A stretch of DNA of 36,120 bases, from NCBI RefSeq assembly GCF_001194135.2, contig NC_068986.1, positions 89,088,738 through 89,124,857 of the forward strand, in the 5' to 3' direction. The DNA is from Octopus bimaculoides (taxonomy: Eukaryota). This document shows positions 24,408 through 36,081 of the stretch, piece after piece (positions within the stretch are counted from its first letter, which is position 1; every line of letters begins with the position of its first letter). The translations under genes were made by a program, and so were the position numbers. Under the pieces are notes generated by a model, which saw only the letters and a list, made by a program, of their open reading frames with translations, did no database searches and was not told where the DNA came from.

Positions 24408-24535
24408 GAAGGAAGGAAGAAAGAAAGAAAGAAAGAAAAAAGAAAGAATGGAAGGAAGAAAGAAAGAAAGAAAGAAAGAAAAAAGAAAGAATGGAAGGAA
24501 GGAAGGAAGAAAGAAAGAAAGAAATAAAGAAAGAA
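24215..24535. repeat. (GAAA)/(GGAA) compound microsatellite
   Basis: Direct reading; source of the KERK pseudo-ORFs. Confidence 0.95.
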
Positions 24536-24654
24536 TGCCATAATTATCAAACTAGAACTGTTGGTGTTGTTGTCATAGTGGATGTCATTGTTGCTATCGC
24601 TGTGGATTGGTGTTGTCGTCGGCGTTGTTGCGACGGTTGTTATGACTGTTGTTG

Positions 24655-24840
24655 CTATCTAGCCCCAACCAGACTGATGACCAAAGGGGTGTCAGCTTTC
24701 AACTCTTAATTTGTTTTTTTTATTAATTTTTTTCCACCCTTAGTATGTCTTGGAATACACATTATCTAATGTACCATTCACTCTTTTTAAGACATCAGAG
24801 AGTAATTTGAGGTAGATTTGGCTGCTATATTAACAGATTA
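24655..24840 (+). repeat. unclassified interspersed repeat, degenerate (related fragment at 22625-22745)
   Basis: Both loci share ...AAGAC...GA(G/A)GG.A.ATTTGGCT...-like text; alignment by eye only. Confidence 0.3.
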
Positions 24841-25084
24841 AAAAAGGCAGTTTGATGATATTTTAAATTATTATTGCTGTTGTTGTCGCTGTTCTTCCTA
24901 TATCTGTTATCGTGACATTCTATGTTGACCATATTTTGTCTCGACAGATCTAGTCAATTTTGAATTATTTTGAAGCAATATTCTTACACAGATTAGCAGA
25001 CCATAACTTTCCCACTGCTCTATCTGAGACCCAACTTTGGTGTCTCTCAGACTATTGGAGAGTTGTGCTAATATTACTTAGTCA

Positions 25085-25225
25085 GTGGATAGACAGAATC
25101 GTTAATGAAAATGGCTTACCGACTATTTGTTTCTCTTCAAGTACTGAGATTAAATTCGTCAAGGCCAACTTTGCCTTTCATCCTTCTGGGTGTCCTAAAA
25201 AGAAGTAACAGTCAAGTACTGAAAC
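25085..25225 (+). mobile_element. degenerate tRNA-SINE (family 2)
   Basis: GACAGAATCGTTA...AAATTCGTCAAGGCCAACTTTGCCTTTCATCC matches the reverse complement of 26000-26190. Confidence 0.55.
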
Positions 25226-25417
25226 ATAATTTCTTCAAATTTGAGGCCTTGTGAAGTCAGTTTCTTGTCCTTTTACTAGCACAATGACAGCTTTTACTTG
25301 TACAATTGTAGGATATTTTATATTAATGTAGCTTTTAAGACTGCTAGAAAAGGTTGTCAAATTTCTCATAAACTATACTGTACCTTCTTTAAAAACAAAC
25401 ACGACGGATTAAATATA

Positions 25418-25579
25418 GGCGCAGGAGTGGCTGTGTTGTAAGCAGCGTGCTTGCCAACCACATGGTCCCGGGTTCAGTCCCACTGCGTGGCAACTTGGGC
25501 AAGTGTCTTCTACCATAGCCTCGGGCCGACCAAAGCCTTGTGAGTGGATTTGGTAGATGGAAATTGAAAGAAGCCCGTC

Positions 25580-25656
<77 letters not shown>

Positions 25657-25905
25657 TATATATATATACATGTGTGTGTGTGTATTTATATGCATGTATG
25701 TGTTTGTGTTTGTCCCCTCAACATTGCTTGACAACCGATGCTGGTGTGTTGACGTCACCGTAACGTAGCGGTTCGGCAAGAGGGTCCGATAGAATAAGTG
25801 CTAGGCTTACAAATAATAAGTCCTGGGGTCGATTTTCTCGACTAAAGGCGGTGCTCCAGCATGTCCGCAGTCAAATGACTGAAACAAGTAAAAGAATAAA
25901 AGAAT
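25418..25905 (+). mobile_element. full-length tRNA-derived SINE (Octopus-type family 1) with internal (TA)n
   Basis: GGCGCAGGAGTGGCTGTGTTGTAAG (A-box-like), B box GGGTTCAGTCCC, central microsatellite, 3' CAGTCA-AA-TGACTG hairpin and (AAAGAAT)-type tail. Confidence 0.9.
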
Positions 25906-25999
25906 GTAGTCCCAGCTGTACCATACTTGAAAGAAAACGGATATTTTTGACTGGATTACATTTAAAAGTTAATCTACATGATGTGGACGGATATGTGTC

Positions 26000-26190
26000 A
26001 ATTTCAAATTTTAGGAGGAGCATAAGTCCATTACATCGACCCCAGTGTTCAACTGGTAGTTATTTTAACGAACTCGAAACGATGAAAGGCAAAAATGAAC
26101 CCGATATAATTTGAACGTGGAACCTAGATGCGGACGAAATTCCGCTAAGCATTTTACTTGGTGTAGTAAAGATTCTGCTAACTCGCCGTC
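26000..26190 (-). mobile_element. tRNA-derived SINE (family 2)
   Basis: Minus strand GACGGCGAGTTAGCAGAATC...AAATGCTTAGCGGAATTTCGTCC...GGTTCCACGTTCAAATT...TTTGCCTTTCATC...ACTGGGGTCGATG, with A- and B-box-like motifs. Confidence 0.7.
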
Positions 26191-26607
26191 TTAGAAAGTT
26201 TTAACATATTAAAGGAGGAGGAAATGTGAGGAGGAAATCAGTAATTAATCTGTCTTTCTGCTCTCATAAGGAGAAAGAGTATCTCTTGTGGCGTTCATTC
26301 ATTTACTACTAGCATCAGTGGACTTAACCAAATTACTTCAACAGAATAATGAACCTAGAACTGAGACATTTCAAAACTTATGCGACAGCATTTGACATAG
26401 AAGCATTGAGTATGCTTACATAAACATAGGTTATGTATTACGTTGGTGTACACCCATAACTAGAGGAATATTTACAAACACATATACGTATGCACATACA
26501 GATATGTATGTATGTATGCATGTATATACTCATGTAACTATATTTGCTTGTTCATATATGTTATAATGTGTATCTATATGTGTTTGCGTGTGTGTATATA
26601 TATATAA

Positions 26608-26639
26608 GGCCGCAGTCAAATGACTGAAACAAGTAAAAG
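26608..26639 (+). mobile_element. extremely 5'-truncated family-1 SINE tail
   Basis: GGCCGCAGTCAAATGACTGAAACAAGTAAAAG matches the 3' end of 25418-25905. Confidence 0.75.
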
Positions 26640-26850
26640 TGAATGTAGACATGCATCCACACAAACAAACATGCATGTATACTTACATAGTTGTATGAAA
26701 AGAGACAGAAGAAAGACACAGATTTATACCGACATACATACACCATGCAGCACAGAAGTTAATTTATGCCAGAGCTTTTAGTCATGTCTTTTTTCCTAAA
26801 GTCTTCACGCACCACCCATTCAATCATTCCCCCACCCCTTTAGCTCTCCT

Positions 26851-26911
<61 letters not shown>

Positions 26912-27159
26912 NNNNNNNNNNNNNNNNNNNNNNNNNNNNNNNNNNNNNNNNNNNNNNNNNNNNNNNNNNNNNNNNNNNNNNNNNNNNNNNNNNNNNNNNN
27001 NNNNNNNNNNNNNNNNNNNNNNNNNNNNNNNNNNNNNNNNNNNNNNNNNNNNNNNNNNNNNNNNNNNNNNNNNNNNNNNNNNNNNNNNNNNNNNNNNNNN
27101 NNNNNNNNNNNNNNNNNNNNNNNNNNNNNNNNNNTATATATATATATATATACATACAT

Positions 27160-27208
<49 letters not shown>

Positions 27209-27697
27209 CATACATAAATATATACATACATATAGAAATATATGTATGTATGTATGTGTGTGTGTGTATGTATGTATGTATTCATTGTTAATACCCCCAC
27301 CTCTGTATAGATAGGTATAGTTTTCATTAAATACAGACATACATATATTTAATCTTGTCGTTCACCCCCCCATCTAAATGTAAGTCTTGGTTTTCTATTT
27401 TTTATCTGAAAAATTCAAGCACTTATTTACTATTCTATTATCATTATTGTTATTAATGCCAGCATCAGCATCATCATTATTAGCCTTATTTTTGCTGCTG
27501 CTACTACTACTACTACTACTGCTGCTACTATTATTACTTTTATTATTGTTATTGGCATTATTACTGTTTTAGCTCTCATCAAATTGTGAGAAAAGAAAAA
27601 GTCTACATTAGTCCAGATTTTAAATTATTCTGTATTTCTTCGACGTATTCCATACTGCAAATAAATATAACTATACACTTAAACACATAATATGAAA

Positions 27698-27728
<31 letters not shown>

Positions 27729-28613
27729 NNNNNNNNNNNNNNNNNNNNNNNNNNNNNNNNNNNNNNNNNNNNNNNNNNNNNNNNNNNNNNNNNNNNNNNN
27801 NNNNNNNNNNNNNNNNNNNNNNNNNNNNNNNNNNNNNNNNNNNNNNNNNNNNNNNNNNNNNNNNNNNNNNNNNNNNNNNNNNNNNNNNNNNNNNNNNNNN
27901 NNNNNNNNNNNNNNNNNNNNNNNNNNNNNNNNNNNNNNNNNNNNNNNNNNNNNNNNNNNNNNNNNNNNNNNNNNNNNNNNNNNNNNNNNNNNNNNNNNNN
28001 NNNNNNNNNNNNNNNNNNNNNNNNNNNNNNNNNNNNNNNNNNNNNNNNNNNNNNNNNNNNNNNNNNNNNNNNNNNNNNNNNNNNNNNNNNNNNNNNNNNN
28101 NNNNNNNNNNNNNNNNNNNNNNNNNNNNNNNNNNNNNNNNNNNNNNNNNNNNNNNNNNNNNNNNNNNNNNNNNNNNNNNNNNNNNNNNNNNNNNNNNNNN
28201 NNNNNNNNNNNNNNNNNNNNNNNNNNNNNNNNNNNNNNNNNNNNNNNNNNNNNNNNNNNNNNNNNNNNNNNNNNNNNNNNNNNNNNNNNNNNNNNNNNNN
28301 NNNNNNNNNNNNNNNNNNNNNNNNNNNNNNNNNNNNNNNNNNNNNNNNNNNNNNNNNNNNNNNNNNNNNNNNNNNNNNNNNNNNNNNNNNNNNNNNNNNN
28401 NNNNNNNNNNNNNNNNNNNNNNNNNNNNNNNNNNNNNNNNNNNNNNNNNNNNNNNNNNNNNNNNNNNNNNNNNNNNNNNNNNNNNNNNNNNNNNNNNNNN
28501 NNNNNNNNNNNNNNNNNNNNNNNNNNNNNNNNNNNNNNNNNNNNNNNNNNNNNNNNNNNNNNNNNNNNNNNNNNNNNNNNNNNNNNNNNNNNNNNNNNNN
28601 NNNNNNNNNNNNN

Positions 28614-28684
<71 letters not shown>

Positions 28685-29093
28685 ATACAAACATACATAC
28701 ATACCTATTCATATGCATATACATAGAGGGTGGTGTGAAAGCAACACAGAGGAAGACTGGTAGTTAGATAGATAGAGAGAGAGAGAGAGAGCGCGAGGAA
28801 GATACACACATACACACATGCATACATACATACATACATACATTCATACATACATACGTACATGTGCACATAGGAGGGACTCTGCGTATATGTTTCTTCG
28901 TGTAGTCAGGCTTTGTCTTTTTTAAACACTATAATTAAAGAAGAGACGTATAGGCAAAGGCAAGAAAATATATGAAGTAGAAAAGGGATAAAAAATATAC
29001 TCAGGATACAGACCATTTTTTTCTTAATAACTACTATGTACGTACCTATACATATGTAATCATTTATATACATATATATGTGTNNNNNNNNNN

Positions 29094-29138
<45 letters not shown>

Positions 29139-29139
29139 A

Positions 29140-29192
<53 letters not shown>

Positions 29193-29476
29193 AACATGTA
29201 TATATGCAAACGCACACTTATTTGCGTGTGTAGATATGGCCCACTGCAAACGTGTATGGAAATATGAGTGTATGTAGATACATATGCGTATTATGAATGA
29301 ATGTATAAGTACTTCTCCATCGAGCGGTAATATATCAAGGAATTACAAAAATAACTTTATATATATATCCATCATAAAAACAATGGTTTCAAAAGCTAAT
29401 TTCATTCTCTATTAACCGTCTCTCAAAAAAATATCTTCTCTTCAGTCACATTTCATATTGTGTGTTTGTGCGTGTG

Positions 29477-29515
<39 letters not shown>

Positions 29516-29766
29516 NNNNNNNNNNNNNNNNNNNNNNNNNNNNNNNNNNNNNNNNNNNNNNNNNNNNNNNNNNNNNNNNNNNNNNNNNNNNNNNNNNNNN
29601 NNNNNNNNNNNNNNNNNNNNNNNNNNNNNNNNNNNNNNNNNNNNNNNNNNNNNNNNNNNNNNNNNNNNNNNNNNNNNNNNNNNNNNNNNNNNNNNNNNNN
29701 NNNNNNNNNNNNNNNNNNNNNNNNNNNNNNNNNNNNNNNNNNNNNNNNNNNNNNNNNNNNNNNNNN

Positions 29767-29797
<31 letters not shown>

Positions 29798-29999
29798 TAC
29801 ATATATCGAGACCAAGAGAGAAGTGAGTCATTATAGATATAAATTTATGTATACAAAGCATTAAAATCTAACACAAACACAAACATATTTATGCATATAT
29901 ATGTGAGTGTCTATGATGGTATGTATATTCCTATATACATATGTAATTATATAAGCGCACATCACGCCTTGTTTTGCATACATTTATATTTTACGTGTA

Positions 30000-30040
<41 letters not shown>

Positions 30041-30084
30041 GCTTGTGAGTGCGTGTGTGCAATATACTCTCGGATTTCAAATAG

Positions 30085-30175
30085 GTAATACAAACACGTT
30101 TGAGAAGGGAAGGAACAGCTAGTTAATTCGACCTCAGTACGAAGCTGATACTTTATTTTATCGAATTCGGAATGG
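30085..30175 (-). mobile_element. partial family-2 SINE
   Basis: GAAGGGAAGGAACAGCTAGTTAATTCGACCTCAGTACGAAGCTGATACTTTATTTTATCGAA resembles 26020-26085. Confidence 0.5.
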
Positions 30176-30226
30176 ATATGTAAGTAATATTTAGTGGAAT
30201 TACATACATACACACACATATACATA

Positions 30227-30678
30227 TGTAAATTATGAGGATAAAAATTAAAATGATTTATGACCAGTGGTTCGCATGCGTAATAAAAGTCATAAGATAT
30301 AACATTTATTCATATATAAGAGTGTATAAAGGTTCACACACAGAGTGAAGACCCTTGACAGGACTTCTTACATGATAAAAAGGGCAGTTAAAGCCAAACC
30401 ACGAAAAATAATCCTGAAGACACGCTGATAATAGCACTTGAATGAACAAAATTTAAAATTAGTTAATCCCATACACGAGTTTCACTATTAATGACAAAAT
30501 AAATTAATTTGGCATCTGTAGTTCTTCTGTGGGATCGCTAAAGAATGCTTAATTATGTAGCTTTAATACGTAAGGAAAATATGTGCGGAAGGCAGCTCCT
30601 TCTTTATACATTCTGGATTAAAATTTAGTACGTGAGCATAGTCAAATAGACCAGCAGTAAATAAATTTAAACTGTGTA
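30227..30678 (-). mobile_element. F2 HHR-bearing non-coding repeat unit A (one full ~450-bp monomer)
   Basis: Reverse complement is collinear with the permuted unit in 30717-31170; no ORF of 60 aa or more. Confidence 0.8.
30465..30536 (-). ncRNA. type I hammerhead ribozyme fold, F2 copy A
   Basis: GAUCCCA / CAGAAGA / ACUA..UAGU / GAAAC-UCGU-GUA^ / UGGGAUU. Stem I is 7 bp and stem II is extended, but the core has U4A. Confidence 0.6.
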
Positions 30679-30757
30679 CTATATGGCTTCAGCATTAGAA
30701 AATTTTACTGTGTAAATTCGGTACGTATTAACGCTACATAATTATGCATTCTTTAGC

Positions 30758-30829
30758 GATCCCACTGACGAACTACAGATGCCAGATTAATTTATTTGAT
30801 CATTAATAGTGAAACTCGAGTATGAGATT
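30758..30829 (+). ncRNA. type I hammerhead ribozyme, F2 copy B (canonical core)
   Basis: GAUCCCA / CUGACGA / ACUA..UAGU / GAAAC-UCGA-GUA^ / UGAGAUU. The CUGANGA and GAAA core is canonical, ACUCGAGU is palindromic, and stem I has one C.A mismatch. Predicted cleavage after 30822. Confidence 0.7.
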
Positions 30830-31205
30830 AACTATTTTTTTTATTTTGGTCACTGTAGTCCCATTAACAGCGTGCTTTAAGAATTATTTTTCCGTGGTTT
30901 GGGTTTAGCAGCCCTTTTTAGCATGTAAGAAGTCCTGTCAAGCGTCTTCTCTCTGTCAATAAATTTTTATACACTCTTATATATAAAATTACGTTATGTC
31001 TTCTGACATTTATTACGGATGGGAACCACTGGTAATAAATCGTTTTAATTTTTTACCCTCATAATTTACACAGTAAATTTATTTACTGCTGGACTATTAA
31101 CTACGCTCACGTACTAAATTTGAATCCATAATGTATAAAGAAGGAGCTGCCTTGCGCACATGTTTTCGGTACGTATTAAAGCTACATAATTATGCATTCC
31201 TAAGC

Positions 31206-31277
31206 GATCCCACAGAAGAACTACAGATTCCAAATTAATTTATTGTGTCATTAATAGCGAAACTCGAGTATGGGATT
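31206..31277 (+). ncRNA. type I hammerhead ribozyme fold, F2 copy C
   Basis: GAUCCCA / CAGAAGA / ACUA..UAGC / GAAAC-UCGA-GUA^ / UGGGAUU. Stem I is intact, the core has U4A and stem II has an A.C closing mismatch. Predicted site after 31270. Confidence 0.6.
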
Positions 31278-31454
31278 AGCTAGTTTTAATTTTGTTTACT
31301 CTAGTGCCATTAACAGCGTACCTTAAGAATTATTCTTGCGTGGTTCAGATTTAACTGCCCTTTTTATCATGTAAGATGCCCTGGCAAGGGTCTTCACTCT
31401 GTGTATAAATCTTTATACGCTCTTACACACACAGACACACACACACACACACAG

Positions 31455-31501
<47 letters not shown>

Positions 31502-31974
31502 NNNNNNNNNNNNNNNNNNNNNNNNNNNNNNNNNNNNNNNNNNNNNNNNNNNNNNNNNNNNNNNNNNNNNNNNNNNNNNNNNNNNNNNNNNNNNNNNNNN
31601 NNNNNNNNNNNNNNNNNNNNNNNNNNNNNNNNNNNNNNNNNNNNNNNNNNNNNNNNNNNNNNNNNNNNNNNNNNNNNNNNNNNNNNNNNNNNNNNNNNNN
31701 NNNNNNNNNNNNNNNNNNNNNNNNNNNNNNNNNNNNNNNNNNNNNNNNNNNNNNNNNNNNNNNNNNNNNNNNNNNNNNNNNNNNNNNNNNNNNNNNNNNN
31801 NNNNNNNNNNNNNNNNNNNNNNNNNNNNNNNNNNNNNNNNNNNNNNNNNNNNNNNNNNNNNNNNNNNNNNNNNNNNNNNNNNNNNNNNNNNNNNNNNNNN
31901 NNNNNNNNNNNNNNNNNNNNNACGCGCACGCGCACGAACACACACACACACATATATATATATGTACGTATGTA

Positions 31975-32098
31975 TGTATATTTAGCGAAAGAGAGAGAGA
32001 GAGAGGGGGGAAAGAGAGAGAGAGAGGGGGGAAAGAGAGAGAGGGAGAGAGAGATAGTGGAAAAACATACATATACGAAGAGATATATAGATAAGTCA

Positions 32099-32170
<72 letters not shown>

Positions 32171-32355
32171 GCAGGCAGGCAGGCAGACAGACAGACAAAC
32201 AGATAGATAGATAGTCAGACAGAGAGAGAGACAGACAGACAGACAGTTAGACAGACAGACAGTTAGNNNNNNNNNNGACAGACAGACAGACAGTTAGACA
32301 GACAGACAGTTAGACAGACAGAAAGACAGACAGACAGACAGACAGACGGACAGAC

Positions 32356-32430
<75 letters not shown>
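31975..32430. repeat. compound (GA)(GATA)(GACA)(GGCA) microsatellite
   Basis: Direct reading. Confidence 0.95.
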
Positions 32431-32432
<2 letters not shown>

Positions 32433-33142
32433 CATATACGTTCATATGCGCTTGTGTGCGCGCTGGCTACTTATGCATGCATTTATGTTGGTGGTTGTGT
32501 GTGTGTGTGTGTGTGTGTGTGTCTGCAAAAGTTTCAACTACTTAGACTATAATTGAATGATTAGGATGTCCACTTGTTCAGACAACTGGAATAGTCATCG
32601 TTGAAGTCGACAGGGATCCATTTACGTGTGTGTGTGTGCGAGATGTAGGTTGGGCGGGTTGTGAATGATCTGATGATTTTCAGTAATTGTTGTTGCCAAT
32701 GTAATCAGCTTGGAGCTATGATAAATTAAGTAACTTGGTCAGTTGTTAATAGTGGTTAATTTACGTGGTGTTCATCTGTGCTCTTTCATAAGGATATCTT
32801 CATGTACCTCTGGGTGTATAGCAGTGCACGTGTGAGTATATGTGTGTCTGGGTCTATGTCTGTGAGCGGTATTTGTGAATGTGCGCATGCGCATATACTT
32901 TCTATGCGTATATGAGTGTGTCAGCATATGAATAAATGTTTTAACTGGATCTCTGTTTTATGCAGATGTATATGTGTATACACAACCACACACACACACA
33001 CACACTTATATATATATATACATAGAGGGAGAAAAGGAGAGAGAGAGAGAGTGATAGACATACATACATATAGATATATGTGTATATAGATATGTATGTC
33101 TACACGTACATAGACAGATAGATTGGTATATATATAGATATA

Positions 33143-33185
<43 letters not shown>

Positions 33186-33336
33186 NNNNNNNNNNNNNNN
33201 NNNNNNNNNNNNNNNNNNNNNNNNNNNNNNNNNNNNNNNNNNNNNNNNNNNNNNNNNNNNNNNNNNNNNNNNNNNNNNNNNNNNNNNNNNNNNNNNNNNN
33301 NNNNNNNNNNNNNNNNNNNNNNNNNNNNNNNNNNNN

Positions 33337-33388
<52 letters not shown>

Positions 33389-33486
33389 TGTATGTATACA
33401 TATATATAGATAGATAAATAGATAGATAGATAGGTATGTATATATATATATATTCATATATATATTTATATATGTATATATATATG

Positions 33487-33534
<48 letters not shown>

Positions 33535-33540
33535 TATACA

Positions 33541-33870
33541 CCTGCCTATATGGGTACAGGACGTCCCCAGCTGTAAACAAAACGAAATACTAAAACAAAT
33601 GAATTCAACACGCAAACAACGAGAGAAACAAGTAATAAATCAGGACAAATAACAAAAAGAACGACCCTTCATCAGTTGCTGGCACCAAAATAAAAATTTG
33701 GGATTTATGAAGTATCAAAGTTGGGGAAGAAAAATAGAACAGTGGAGACATACAAGGAAACCGAACGTAAACAAACATGGGGACTCGTTAGACATAGAAC
33801 GAGGTAAAATAGCGAACGATGGAGGGATATTTTCTTTCAAGAGTGAGATAGAATACGGCCAGTCCTTAGG
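33541..33870 (-). mobile_element. second copy of the 4380-4795 repeat, ending just before the HHR-like module
   Basis: Shared blocks AAAATTTGGGATTT, GAACGACC.TTCATCAGTTG and TGC.TATATGGGT.CAG with the reverse complement of 4380-4795. Confidence 0.65.
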
Positions 33871-33968
33871 ACAATCCTGAAGGAAAACAAAGAGGATTGC
33901 GTGAAGAAAAGGAAAATGGACGGTTGACAGACATTAGTAAGTATGGTAGCAAATACGAGATCGGATCA

Positions 33969-34032
<64 letters not shown>

Positions 34033-34235
34033 TAAATACACACACACTCTCACACATACACGTGCGCGCACGCACTCACACGCGAAATCACGTACGCACG
34101 AGAATATGTTTGCACATATGTGTAAGTCAGCATCCAAATATGAATTTGTACAATTCACATATTGTTCTATGTATATCAATGTGTATATATTTGTAAAGTA
34201 GTTAAACATAAATATGTGCGTGCGTGCATATGCAT

Positions 34236-34378
34236 GTGTGTGTGTGCGTATGTAAGTCTGTGCGCTCCGATCACATAATACGTAATATGTTTACTAAAAT
34301 ATAATGTTGTGTGTATATACGTTTATGACCAGCGGTGTATACATGTGAGCAAACCGATATGTGTGTATACATATGTAA

Positions 34379-34409
<31 letters not shown>

Positions 34410-34612
34410 TGTATGTATGTATACATGCATACATACATACGCGCGCGCGCGTGTGTGTGTGTGTGCGTATGTACGTCTGTGCGCTCCGATCACATAATAC
34501 GTAATATGTTTACTAAAATATATATAATGTTGTGTGTATATACGTTTATGACCAGCGGTGTATACATGTAAGCAAACCGATATGTGTGTATACATATGTA
34601 AATATGTATGTA
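34236..34612 (+). repeat. local direct duplication, ~219-bp period
   Basis: GTCTGTGCGCTCCGATCACATAATACG...ACCAGCGGTGTATACATG..AGCAAACCGATATG at 34256 and 34475, with small indels and substitutions. Confidence 0.9.
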
Positions 34613-36079
34613 GGTATACATGCATATATACATACGTGTGTGTGTGCGCGCGCGCGTATGTTTGTATGCATATTTAAATATATACATATAGTTGCATATA
34701 CATGCATACACATATCATTCAACTACGGTACTACGGTAGTTGTTGAATAATATTCTAAAGGCCGCAATTTACTCACATGCGGCATTTTTCAGAGCTTTGG
34801 CGCTAATTCAGTTCTTAACCAAATTCAAAACTGTTAACATTTTTGAAGAGGACTGGTCCCTGACTACATTTTGGCATACAGAATTGAGATTTGATCCAGT
34901 AGAAAAAAAAATTTACATCGAAATTTGTAGAGTAAGTAACGCCACCGATCAAGTTTAGATCTAAACAATTTTTTTATTTTAATAGCAAAATATATTTATC
35001 TTAGCTTCAACGATAGATGAAAGCATGAAGAATTTCATAGTTTTGATCCTATTCAACAAAAATTTGTATAAAAAGTTATGAGGTAAAATATCATGAAGAA
35101 ATGTCATGAAAAAATAAATTGGATTTAAGTATAATTAACTTTTTTATTTTAAAATCAAATTATAGTTTAATTAAGCTTAAATGATGGAGCTCAATTCGAA
35201 GAATTTCCTGTTATCAATCTCATGCAATGAAATTTGAAGGGAAGAATTATGAGTATTTGTTTCTCAAATTTGAGGGTGATATAGTTTTATACTTTTTATG
35301 AATAAGGGGATTTTTAATATATGTCACAAGCTTCATTGAGGTTTGGAAAAAATTATCAACGACACTGCTAATTGACATATTTGACACATTATTAATTAGC
35401 AGAATAGTATTGCCTAGAGAAAAACATGGGTTACATGGAAAAATGCGAGCAAGAGAAATAATATTCGTAAGATAATAAACCTGGAAAATACAGGACAAGT
35501 TATTGCACTTGGAAAAGTTCAAGAATAACTTATTACGTCTGGTAAAGTACAGAACAATTATTTGTTTTTTACTTTTTAATTATTTGAAATAATACTCTGC
35601 AGAAAGAATGGTTTCTAACAAACATACAAATCCCATCAAAAAAAGAAAAAATACTGAAAACAAAAAAAAAATCATATTTTAAACTGGAGAAAAGCCTTGC
35701 ATGTTTTTTTTTTTTGTTTCACTTATAGATTCTGCTTGTAATAATTAGCTAGTTGAATTCTTTTGCTGAAAACTCCGGCTTATCCTCTTTGTCACTTTGG
35801 TCTTTACTACAAAAGCAAGTGCACCAGTTATTGTTGGTATAAATGTGAATTTATAATGTGGCTATAAATACTGAAGGTTTCGATGGTGTTATAGTTATCT
35901 ATAGTTATACACTTTCTCTTTGATTTTCAAATCAGTAGGGCATTTAACATCTATGAAAGCACACACATTTTCTCTTCTGCCCCAAATTACACTCGAACAT
36001 AAAATTTTATTGACTAAAATAATAGAATATTAAATTAATGTTTAAAATGAAGGGAAAATATAGCATCCGTTGTTACACG

Positions 36080-36081
<2 letters not shown>

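Larger units (their letters stand above)
30717..31424 (+). mobile_element. F2 head-to-tail tandem, units B and C (448-bp period); runs into microsatellite and gap
   Basis: TCGGTACGTATTAA...ATCCCA...GAAACTCGAGTATG...TTTATAC.CTCTTA repeats at a 448-bp offset. Confidence 0.85.

Noticed and set aside
27604-27655. Candidate minus-strand exon after tttatttgcag (MEYVEEIQNNLKSGLM*)
   Set aside because: Good acceptor but weak donor, short, and no homology recognised.
34740-35560. AT-rich stretch with short ORFs, possibly a decayed transposon
   Set aside because: No motif recognised in any of the frames read.
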